Below, piece by piece: positions 53,053 through 64,000 of a DNA stretch of 64,000 nt. The stretch is taken from assembly GCA_020536535.1 (NCBI GenBank), contig JAHLWZ010000814.1, positions 1 to 64,000 on the forward strand, given 5' to 3'. This stretch comes from Pelomyxa schiedti (taxonomy: Eukaryota > Protista > Evosea). Each line of letters opens with the position of its first letter. Within the stretch, counting starts at the first letter, position 1. The notes beneath the pieces are model-generated. The model made no database searches and was not told the DNA's origin. It saw only the letters and a list, made by a program, of their open reading frames with translations. The translations under genes were made by a program, and so were the position numbers.

Positions 53053-53960
53053 ATGGGCGGTAGTCGAACGCTAGACTACGTGTATCACCTTCCGTGGGAG
53101 ATCGTTGTTCGCGCTTACGTGTCGCGGTACCCTCTACACCCTCGTATTCCAATGATGCTCGCTGCCGACATAATGTCGGTCGACTGGAACCCCGACACTG
53201 GTATTCGCTTTTTGAATGCGTTTCGGGGCGGATTCTAATGTTTGTTAGGCAAGCTGGTGGTTGACAGGAGAATGAAAGCAGGTTTTTTTTGAAATCATCC
53301 AAAAGCGACCCTTACCTCGGTACAGATCTGGAGGCCCCTTACTGGCTCAAGCGTGTGTTTGGCGTGTACTGGATGTACATGTGGCAAACTACAACGCTCT
53401 CTATGAAGGAGAAGAAACTCGTCTCCGTGTCCCATTCGAATCCTGCGTCAACCCTTTACAAGGCTGGGGAAGTGGCAACATGGGAGGTGCACCCCGAGAA
53501 TCCCAACTGGACTTTGTTTACAGTAACTGGTACCCTCGAGCTTGAGAAATTCTTCTGGAAGTATGGCTTCATTTCATTCTTCCGGTTTGCTTCCTACTTA
53601 CACTCCCAAAGTTTCCAGAGCATCATCGAGTCTTTGCTTCTTCGCACGTACAATACACAATTCGCATTGGCGCGCAAGATTGACCATGAATTTATTGACC
53701 AGCTTACTAAGCTTGACGAGGATAACAACGAGCTTTATACTCATCTTCGTTCTGACAATGTGAACACCACTTCCGCCTCTGCCTCCGCTTCCGCTTCTGC
53801 AACCCCTACCGTGTCAGTAGCATTGGATCCAAGGATAGAGCAGGTACAACAACGCCACACAGAGCTTGTGATCCTGGCTCTTCAAGTACTCCTTTTCTTT
53901 CCCTTACTTGACAAACCCCTTCCTCCTCCCCAATTTAACCCACACCCAAGGGCTGGATAG
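53053..53960 (+). CDS. PRELI/MSF1-like lipid-transfer domain protein
   Basis: YVYHLPWEIVVRAYVSRYPLHPRIP...DLEAPYWLKRVFG...WEVHPENPNWTLFTVTGTL. The C-terminal end is less certain. Confidence 0.82.
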
Positions 53961-54439
53961 AAAGGTCATATGCCAAGCAAAAGCACACCGCGGCGGTGGA
54001 TTTCAGGGCTTCTTTCCACCACGACGTACCCGTTGGACCCTGCGAGGGGAAGATGTTGTAAAAAAAAAAAGAACCACCCCCAACAGGCTCCCCAATACAA
54101 CCAACCACCTCTGCCTTGTGCCACCTCAACCCTAAGTTCCTGTGCCACACTACAAAGCATTCCTTTGTGTAATAATTTCTCTTGTTTTTTTTCTCTTTGT
54201 TTTTGTTTTGGGTCTGTTTCACTGCAGTGCGAGATTTTGATGTACTGCTTTTATCTGAATTCAAGATTAGGAAATCCATTACAAAAAGTGTGTAACTTTC
54301 CTTCACAATCACAATCGGCCTGGTGCACCAAAATTACAACCACAGCGGGCTTTTAAATCGTCTTGGAGTTTTGGCCAAAAGAAGAAAAAACCCAGGCAGT
54401 AGAGGCGTTGCTGATCTCCCACCATAAAAGAAATAAAAA

Positions 54440-55706
54440 ATGATCTCAGTGAAGACAGTGGTTGCGGCATTGTGCGTGTTGTTTGTTGCTAGATCCCTTG
54501 CAGCAGGGTGTTTCGATGGATGGTGGGAAATAGGCTCATACGAAATCACTGTCAATGACCCTGTTCGGTGTGTAAGTCTGTTTTGGAGCCTTTGTGCTTG
54601 TGAGAGTTATTTTTGTTCATTTGTAACTCTCGCGTAGTTGGTACAGAAGTACATTTAAGGCTGAAGTACATTACCCAAGCAACGCTGGATCATGCACTTT
54701 CCCCATGGTTGTTTTCAGCCATTCCTACATGCTGGGTGCTGGGTATTTCTTTAGAACTTTGGAGCTATCTCCATATCCTTGTATCACTAATTTCCTGAGC
54801 ACAGGTGTTACGACTATCTATGGACAACCCTGGTTCCCTTGGGGTTTGTATTTGTCGATATGGACGATTTGGCGTATGACCCTCTTGGTATCTGCATTGT
54901 GTCCACATGTTTGCATAACTAATTCCCTCTCAGAGGAACCAATTGAGGCAGGCAAGGATATGGCTGCCACTCGCAATAGGCTCCTTAGTGACAACGTCGA
55001 TGACCCATCAAGCCCCGTCTATGGAAAGTTGAACGGCATTGTTGGAGCCATGGGCCACTCATTTGGAGCTGCTGCGTCCATTGTTGCCACCTCCAGCCCA
55101 AATGTTCTCGCAGAGTACAATGCTACGTGGGATATGGTTCTCCCAATGGCTCCTCCCGATTTCACTGATGTTGTTGACGACTCGATTGTTACCATCCCAG
55201 CCCTTATGATGGGTGCTACGAAAGACTGCATATGCCCTCCCGATACTAACGTGTGCGTATTCATATTTCCAACAGTGGAAAAAATTCCCGAATATTTTTC
55301 TTTTTTTTTTGACATTTCACAGAGACCGTGTCTTCAGCCGGTCAACATCGACTTGCAGGACCCTGATTGACATTGTGAATGGTACTCACTGCAAGTTCTG
55401 TGATTTGGCACCTGTCTTTGAAGATGTAAGACTCTAACTGTTGGGTACATTCGCGAGAGTAACCATACTAAGGCCTGCATTGCTGTTGAAGATGTACCTC
55501 TCACCTGTGGTTCCGTCTTCTTCAGTGACACGATTGATATAGAAATTCAGCACGATCTAGTTTTACGGTACACAGTGCCATGGCTTCAGTACATACTACA
55601 AGGAAACTTGGAGGCTGCCAAGACTCTCTCCAGTGCAGTAGGAGCTGACACTGGCAGTGGCGCTATTGTCTCTCAACATAGCACACCCGCCTGCCCTGGC
55701 TTTTAA
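54440..55706 (+). CDS. Secreted alpha/beta hydrolase (chlorophyllase/cutinase-like)
   Basis: Signal peptide MISVKTVVAALCVLFVARSLA; AEVHYPS...FPMVVFSHSYML; GAMGHSFG nucleophile; LMMGATKDCICP; IVNGTHCKFCD. Ends ACPGF*. Confidence 0.85.
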
Positions 55707-55776
55707 GTGAGCACGGGTGCCTCCTTGAGACTTTGTATTTTGAAAGCATAAATGAACATTGCCCATTCATTGGCAT

Positions 55777-56953
55777 TTAGAGTGAAGAACAATATTTTAT
55801 AGTCCACGGGCAGTTGCACATGCATAGCCCACAAATGCTGTGCCCAAACTTCTCCCTCATAGAACCACAGCTAGTAAAGCAGTGTCAGTGTTAATTGATT
55901 AGAAATGAAAGAAAACGAAAAATGCAATTCCACACAACATACTGTGCAGCACAGGCCTCTACATCTAATAGGTCCTCACGTGATGTTGTTTCTTGTCCTC
56001 GCCATTCAGTCCCTTTCAGTACTCTGGGAGGGCATGCATTGAAGCAAGCTTGACAGGAACCACACCGGGATGCCAATACCTGTGTTTGAGGAGATGGTGG
56101 TGCCATATCACACAGAATGGTGACCAACCTGTGAGAATTAGGTGGACAGAACGGCAAAGAACCAGCGAGAACGGGAGTCCTTCCTACCTGATGGCGCTTC
56201 CAAAGTTCTCGTTGACAAGGAGGCAGGATTTTCCTATCCAGCCTAGTCCAGATAGTGATGCAATGGTTTTGTGAGGTAGTTCAGTGCCAATTGACCCACC
56301 AGGTCCCTAAAAGTACTTGACTTTGAGGGTGCTGACATCATTTGCATAAAATCACATACATTTCGAGGTAAGCTTTGGCTACCCATCAAAGTGGGTGGTA
56401 CAGGTACACTGTCAGGGGCAACGATTAGCGAATTAATAAGACTGATTTAAGGCTCAATATGCATAAGACAAGCAACCAGTTGGATGTAGCAAACAAAAAA
56501 AAAAACACAAAAACACAAACAAACATGGCATTATGGCCCATGCGTCGAATTTCTTCAGTGCACAATTGAGATAGAGCACTCAATACAGTGTTGGCACGCT
56601 CGTACTCGTTTTTGTATTCCATAGAGGGTGCCCCTGACGTCCTAACACCATCCACAATCCGTTTATCCAATCCAACTGCAATACTAGTGGTTTCACGTAG
56701 TTAGAGACACAAGAAGAAAAAACAGGTTATAATTTTGGTGGGTTTTATTCCATGTATTAATAACGGTACATTTGCATTGTTAATCTTCACTTGTTGTGCT
56801 ACATAGGGCGAATTTGAAAAAAAAGTGCCTTATTCCTACAGGCATATTTCGCCTGACATCTGAAGGTATTGCCGTGTGCGTGAGATCTGCAGCTCCCACA
56901 AGTCCAGCCCCGTGCCGTTTTAGCGTCTCAAACAACGCTGCGTACTTGTCCAT
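55777..56953 (-). CDS. Bacterial-type QueG (epoxyqueuosine reductase)/reductive-dehalogenase family protein with two [4Fe-4S] motifs; five introns
   Basis: Spliced: GAGLVGAADL...MPVGISIAVGLD...YKNEYERANTVL...ELPHKTIASLSGLGWIGKSCLLVNENFGSAIR|LVTILCD...CGSCQACFNACP...DVEAC...ICGLCMCNCPWT. Confidence 0.88.
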
Positions 56954-57168
56954 CAGGTGACTGTTTATCGAAATTGTGATTGAATTTCATTGATGAGAAA
57001 CAAGTGAACATCGAGTCGATGTCATTTCAAGATCGATTTGCTTCTAGAAGCTGGGTGACAACTTGGGAAACTTGCCCTGGTTCTGTCTGGCCCACTTTTC
57101 TGTACGACCATTTAAGAGTGAGAGAAAAAGACCAAAGCAACATAAAAAAAACCCAAAAAAGCAACACG

Positions 57169-60100
57169 ATGAAGGGCCACATTCCCTCCACACAAACCGA
57201 CCCGCAGTCTCAACAGCCACAGCAACAAGAACGAAACCAAGCAAGTTATGGGACCCCTCCTCCAGCAACTGCGACGGTGGCGACATCTGCAACTACTTCA
57301 ACAAGGGCCGATTCCCTTGGTCCTACTTTTGCTGCTCCGATTCCCGTTTCCGGAGTGGGTGCTGCTTCTTGTTCGTCGACGAGCCTGGGTTATGGGAACC
57401 AAAGGGACACGTCCACTGCAGCCTATTCCAAAGTTACTGTGAAAGTCATTTTTGATAGCAACTCTGGGAGGCCTTCCCCATCAAGAGTTGTCAGGGAGCT
57501 TAATGCCAATTTTGCCTCTACATTTGGCTCTGGAGTAGTTTCGTCGTGCTCAGATAGGTATTCTGGTTGGAGCTATCCTATTACTTTTGCAAATCCTGAA
57601 ATTGCAAGGCACTTGTTGGGTCTAAGCTGGTAGTGTCTAGCCAAACTTTTTTTTTTTTTTTTGTTTTTCTAACACTCGAATAGCATTACAATTCAGGGAG
57701 TTAGAGCACAAATCCGCAAGTATCGCTTAAAGTCTCCCTATGACCAAGAAATGGAAGCTATTTTGGCACCACATAATATTCGAAAAGACATCACCATCTC
57801 AATAAAACATGGGAGCAGTGCAACTCTCATAAATACTTCTGTTATGTACACTCTGAAAATTACCAATGATGGCTCTAGACCTTTTGACGTGTATTATGTG
57901 AGGTTGGTTCACCCTATGTTTTTTTTTAGGTTTATCTCAACGTCCTGTTAGGAGACTGGGAAGTGGAAACTTCTATCTTCACAAACCCCGTACAGGCATA
58001 ATAGCTCGTTGGTATCCCGTTTCAGTGATTGCATTAACACTCCATAGAAACAATTCTGCCCGAGAAATCAAAAATTGTGAATGTAGAGTTTAAATCGGCA
58101 AAAAAAGGGGTTTGTTTCGCCATTGAAGCCTAATTGCTTACATTACAAGACTTTCACAGCTGTGTTTATTTTTGATACTTCTATTGGCAGTGCGGCTACT
58201 ACAATGTTCTGTGTTGCTAGCAAGCTCAAACCTCCCTGCCAGAAGGCCCCCACTACAGTAGAGTAAGTAGCATACTCTAATTCCGCCATTCTTACTTCTC
58301 AACCAGTGCTCCTAAAGAGGAATCTCCCAAATTTTTACGAGTTGACTTCTTCAAGAATGTAGCTGAGGCCAAATCAAGCCATATCCACAACAAGTACTTG
58401 CCATATGAGTGGTCTTTCCAGGTACAATACCTTTCCTATCTGAGTTGTGTAATTGAGAAATAGCCCCCAGAATATGAGCTTCCATCTGAGTTTTCTCTTG
58501 AAGAACTAAGCCAAAAAATACCTCCACGTGCAGTCAATCCGTGGGCTCAAAGGCAACTGCACAAAAACCGACTTCATGATTTGTTATGGATCGAAGAGGC
58601 ACAATCTCTTCATGACCTTGAGCAATATAGCATACTCAAGGCATCACTCGGTAATTGTTTGACTCAAGATGGAAAGCAAGGTTATTCTGTCACGGTGTGT
58701 ATGTAAACGGGGAAGTGTCACGTAAGTTACTTGAAACTTCAAGGTGCCCGGCATTGCAGAGAGTAGGCCGTCTGTTCAATTCAATGATGAAATCTATGCC
58801 TCCAACGCTCAGGAGAGGGTGGAATACCAGGGATATGTTGTTGGAATTAAAAATCAAGAAGTGATCATGCAATTCAGTGACATATTTGTAAACAAGTAAG
58901 CAATTTCTTTCCTCTCTTCTGTTCGCCTGAGAAATGTAGCTTTCAGCCAAGCAAGAAATATGATATCCGTTTTTCTTTTGATCGGATGTCTATGCGAATC
59001 CTCCATTGGGCTGTTGACAACACATCATTAGATCAGATTTGGCCCAATATCTTGTCTATTGAGGAACCAAGTGCCCCAACAGTGCTAAATGGGCTTAGCA
59101 CCCAGTTTACTTTTGATAGGGAGCAAATGATGTTTATCCAGAATTGCTTTAAAAGGTGGGCAATTTTAGTTTGTTTTCAATATGTTCATCGAGCTTTTGT
59201 TCAGATCCTCCAACAATACTCCTCAAGTTGTGTCTGGGCCTTTTGGAAGTGGTAGTTATTCTCACTCACACTTCCCCTTTCACAGCTCACTTCTGAAAAG
59301 GGAAGACAGCAACTTTAGTGGAAATCATCAAATTGTTATTACTTTCCAGTAACAATAAAATACTTGTTGCCACCCCTACTAATAGGTGATAACCCACTCT
59401 GTTTTCCATTGTCATTCTCAATTACTTTCAGTGCAGCGGACAGCTTTGTTCTTTCCCTGTCAAAAATATTACCCCTGGACTACCTTAAAGTGAATTTACT
59501 ACGTCTGGTTTACTTCCGCAGGTGAAGGGATATCTTGGGAAGACCTAACTAAAGTCTCAAAAATTTTTTTTTGCCCTTTTGATGAAGGCATCGATCCACT
59601 GTACCATCATTTGTCCTGCCCTTCACAATATATGACGACAAGCTGGACATGTTTTCGCTTCCACCCCTGTCCAAACTGCTGCAGTACAAGATAATCATTA
59701 CCACAAGGTAACACTCAACAAAGCACTTCAAGTTTCATCCAACCCTTCGGCAAAGTCTCACTGCTGCGTATCTTGCCTTTGCTGGAGTCGGAAAAGATTT
59801 TTTTACTCACATCATTCTTGATGAGGCTGCTCAAATGTCAGAACCTGATGCGCTTGTAGCACTCAGTTTAGCAACATCTTCAACACGTGTATTCCTTTCT
59901 GGTGATGCCAAACAACTTTCATCACGTGTGAGATCTCGGACGGCCAGAAAAATGGGTCTTCAAACATCTCTTCTGGTTGAATACTTGTGATTTTCTCCCA
60001 AACTTACCTCACACAGGAAAGAATACTTGCTCTAGACGCATATATGTCTGATACTCAATTTCAGACCCATGTTCAGGTTTCTGTTGCCCTTTCTAGTCCG

Positions 60101-62729
60101 TATTTTTCTTAAGGATGATTAAACCAATCATTTAGTTGTACTCGAATTATAGGAGCCATCCTGGGATCGTCCAACTCTGTTCTGAAATATTTTATGGCGG
60201 AACTATAAAACCTATTAATCGTGTCGAAAACCCCAAATATAATGTACTTCCCGATGTACATTTAGTTACAGGACTTATGTGGGTGATCGGGGATTTGGGG
60301 AAAACAGTGGTTAATATCCTGGAAACCGTTTTTGAGCAAGCCAAGCAACCCAGTCGCTTTCGTTGCGAGCCACGCCCCCGAGCAAAGTGATCCTGACTCC
60401 CCCTCGTTTTTTAATGCTGGAGAAGCTCAATTGGTTGTACCTTTTTCCAAAGTTGTGCTTTTGCCAATTCTGAGGGCAGATTTGTTCTTTGATCCAAGAA
60501 GTATTATCAAAATCTTCAGACCTTGCACCAGATCCATCAGATATTGCAGTCGTCTGCCCTTTCCAACTTCAAAAGAAGAAAGTGCGTGAAGTGCTGAGGG
60601 CAGCTTCTCTAAGGCAAGAAAATACATTAACTCATAGTCTTAATTTGCTTTAGTCGTGTAAGTGTTCTGGGTGTTGATGAAATACAAGGGCAGGAGAAGA
60701 AAATCATTTTCGTGAGCTGTGTGCGCAGTGAGCCCTCGAATGTAAAGAAATATGACCAAAAGTAAGTTCTATCATCAGGCCTTTACTTTTTACTCACATG
60801 ACTGAAGATTTGATGTGGGATTCATCAACAATCCCAAGAGAGTGAACACGACGTTTTCACGAGCAAAAGGTTTGAAAATTACTCTTGCCCGCGGTATGTG
60901 ACCATTTTTTCCAGACTGCCTTGTAATTGTTGGAAATCCAAATGCACTCTGTTGTGACAATTTGTGGAAGACTATCATTGGTTGGTGCAAAGAAAACGCC
61001 AACTACAAGGAAGTTCCAAAACCATCGAGTATCACTTGTCCTGCACTGCATGCTGACATAGAAATACCAATAATATCAAAACTTTCCCCAAATCCAGAGA
61101 TGGATTTTGAAGAAATGAACACTCAAACTACACCGCTTCAGAGTGTGCACCAGGTCATGGTTAAGTTGTCCAATAACTCACTGACTGACGCTCCCAGCAG
61201 GTATGTGAGGACTTCTGGAAGGAACCAATTCAGTCGTGTCAACTTGACTTGAGCACTCTTTCCAACACCTGGGCAGAAGTCAAAATTAACGAACCCGAAT
61301 TCGTTTCCTGTGTGTTGGGTCATTTCCCTTCTAAGTTTCCTGATTTTCCCTCGATAGTGGCTCACTTTGGTGACAGCTGGCATCCTTACACTCTTATGCG
61401 ATCCCTGCCAGGGGCTCCCCTACCTCCTGAAACCCATTTTGAGAGAGGGAATTTCTTCAACATGTTCATTTTTTTCCCCGTCATCTACCTTGAGTATTTG
61501 CCTTCTGCCTTTTTCACCAAATAACTTTCCTTTCTCAGAGTCAAGAGGACATTAGTAGATACGTTATATTTATGTGTCAACAAGTCTTTCCAAATGGAGC
61601 TAAGATTACCTCCAAAATATGTATCTCAACATTCTACAAGAGATAGTCTCAATTTCCCTAGGATGTGAACACCTGCTGTCTGAATGTTTCTAGGCCACCT
61701 TTTGCCTTGTCAGATATTATCTTCATCTCAGCAAAGGAAAGAATGATGTTTGCCTATCCACAAAGGACACCACCTCCTCAACTAAATTCTAGTCATAACC
61801 TTTATTCGCAAGAAAGAGCCAACACCTGCGCCACAGCCCCTTCGCATCTGCCAGCACAACCTCAAGTCCAAACACAACAGCCAGCTCACCCGCTTCCAGT
61901 ATCGCCTAAACCTCAATCTGAGGCCCCAGCACCAGAACGGGATACAAGGTCAGAACCTCAGCCAGTACCCAAGCCCCTTGAGAAAAACAAAACGCAGCCA
62001 CAGTCAGTAAAGTCCAAAACAAAGTCCAAAAGTTCCCCTAAACGCACAACCAAACAACCCCCAAGTAGCACAGAGCCAAATCTTTCACAAAATCAACTCA
62101 AATCCGAATCCCAACTACCTCCATCGCAAACAACAAGTTCCTCTACAACAAGGTCTAAAAGAAAGCCCAAGTCCAAGTCAAAGCCAGAACCTAAGCCTAA
62201 GGTTGAGGCCAACAAAACTCCCACACAACCAATTCCCCAGACACAAATCCCCAATCAGCAACAGCAACAGCAACAGCAACAAAACCAAAAGCAACACACA
62301 ATAATCATTACTCGCAAAAAAGAAATGCTTCCTCCTGCTCCTCCCAAAACAACTGTGGCTCAGACCAAAACCAATCTCAAACAAAAACAAAAAGTTCAAT
62401 CACAGCCCGCCACACCTGCATCCAATGCGAACACTACAAAAGCCACAACCACCAAAGCAGGAACACCAACAATACTAAAGTCAAAAGCAAACACCAACAC
62501 CAACACCAACACCAAAACCAAAACCAAAACCAAAAACAAAACCACAACAACAACCACAGCAACAACAGCACCCTCACTAAAGCCCCAGGCAAAACTGCAT
62601 GTTCCTAGTTTGGGTGCTTCTCAATTATCACCATCATCCACAGCAAAACCAGTAGAAGTTCACGCTCAAGCAACAGCCAAACCCAACACTCCACAACAAA
62701 CTAGCACAAAACGCCAGCACAAATCCTGA
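57169..62729 (+). CDS. MOV10/SDE3/Armitage-like SF1 (UPF1-like) RNA helicase with long C-terminal extension; 3' end uncertain because of the adjacent gap
   Basis: RLHDLLWIEE...VPGIAESRPSV (MOV10 1B domain), VSGPFGS|GKT, LVATPTNSAAD, HIILDEAAQ, LSGDAKQL, YRSHPGI, SFFNAGEA, VDEIQGQEKKIIFVSCVRS, NPKRVNTTFSRAK, VGNP. Confidence 0.88.
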
Positions 62730-62836
62730 ACAACAGGCCACTGGCCCAGAAATATGTGAAATTCAAGTTTTTTTTCAAGCGAAAACGCAGTGTGTTTCTT
62801 ATCAGTCCCACAATTGGAAACGGCAGAAAGAAACCT

Positions 62837-62936
62837 NNNNNNNNNNNNNNNNNNNNNNNNNNNNNNNNNNNNNNNNNNNNNNNNNNNNNNNNNNNNNNNN
62901 NNNNNNNNNNNNNNNNNNNNNNNNNNNNNNNNNNNN
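62837..62936. other. Scaffold gap (100 N) flanked by an exact 121-nt duplication
   Basis: 62716-62836 is identical to 62937-63057, typical of unmerged overlapping contig ends. Confidence 0.95.
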
Positions 62937-63433
62937 AGCACAAATCCTGAACAACAGGCCACTGGCCCAGAAATATGTGAAATTCAAGTTTTTTTTCAAG
63001 CGAAAACGCAGTGTGTTTCTTATCAGTCCCACAATTGGAAACGGCAGAAAGAAACCTTTCCTGCCTCGAGGCAGCATGGGTAAGTTATTAGTATGCAGTC
63101 GATCCGTTGCACTCAATTCTTCTACACCAACACATTCCAACTCCTGGAGTCTCACCCACTCCATGCTCGAGATGGAGCCGAGCTGCACTGTCTTCCAGTG
63201 ACATCACTCGAGATTTGGCATTGCAACTGCGCAGCTCCGTTTCCTAAGGGAAGGAACTCTCAGAATCTGTAATCGACTCAGATCTAACCAAACCTATTCC
63301 GGCATTAGTTTTAAGGAAACAAAAAAATTGCACATACATCGGCTTGTCGGTGTGTCGGTCGTCGTCAGCAACCGCGTCGGTTTTTTAAAGACTACCTTTG
63401 GAAAGAAGAAACGTGCTTTCTGTTACAATTACA

Positions 63434-63813
63434 ATGCAGACTGACTTGAACGTTGACATCAACCACGATTGGATTGACGAAGCATCGTCAGGTACATTTG
63501 GAGAACCGTTTGCGTTGTGTTACGCTTGAAAAAACCCACTATCGTTTGCTAATTCGATGCGCGATACGATGATCTGGATGTCTTAACACTGCCGAATAGA
63601 TACCGCAACAAAAAAGGGAGCCCCACAAAACACGGGACCTGCACCGAAATCTACTGCGTGGTCTACAGCTCCGCCCAAATCAACACCCTCTGGTTTGCAT
63701 ATGCCCTTGTTTACTTGAAATCGTGGATTTTTGCAGTAATGGGTTTTTTTTTTTTTTTCTTTGCAGGTTCAATTGACAAAGAAAGTTACCCTGCCTTAGG
63801 ACAGAAAACCAAG
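63434..63813 (+). CDS. Possible 5' exons of a gene running off the window
   Basis: ATG ORF MQTDLNVDINHDWIDEASS followed by a GT donor; a later TTGCAG-acceptor exon (SIDKESYPALGQKTK) ends at a gtatt donor. No family recognised. Confidence 0.3.
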
Positions 63814-64000
63814 GTATTTTTTTGTTCTCCTTATGTAGCTCTTATTTTGTTTCAAGCCAAAAAAAGGAGCTGAACCTGCCAAGCCGTAATTCCTTTTCAC
63901 AAATATCTCTCCACTTAGCAATTATAGGCCTGCTCCAAAAGCTCCAGAGACCTACCGCCCACCTGCATCTAACACATATGCAAATAGATCAGATGATAGG

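Overview
Compact, intron-rich eukaryotic (protist) genomic DNA. About 26 intact protein-coding genes fill almost the whole window. Introns are mostly short (about 45-75 nt) GT-AG, intergenic gaps are tiny, and many genes sit in head-to-head pairs. Housekeeping-type genes: class I cyclic-nucleotide PDE (5' truncated), VPS37, WASHC3/CCDC53, an F-box/LRR protein, maspardin/SPG21, TAF6, PRP4 kinase, ADPRM, an NAD-dependent epimerase, a divergent Rab-like GTPase, cyclin Y, a p24/TMED and a PRELI protein. More unusual content: (i) a bacterial-type QueG/reductive-dehalogenase-family 2x[4Fe-4S] gene with five spliceosomal introns, one apparently GC-AG, tail-to-tail with a bacterial-type secreted hydrolase; (ii) a Crinkler-like NTPase plus restriction-endonuclease-fold gene; (iii) a signal-peptide/GPI-type surface protein of seven Cys-rich modules sharing an intron-phase pattern, with a decayed copy nearby; (iv) a DBP2/DDX5-like helicase pseudogene; (v) proteins with unusual architectures (SAM/ADF-H/Costars actin scaffold, SAP+LOTUS, velvet/Rel-like DBD+IPT factor, NPF/UVR/RUN); (vi) a MOV10/SDE3-like helicase running up to an assembly gap. 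The gene content suggests an amoebozoan, possibly an anaerobic archamoeba (inference). No rRNA, tRNA, CRISPR array or recognisable transposon was seen. Exon structures were reconstructed by eye and family calls rest on recalled motifs, not database searches.
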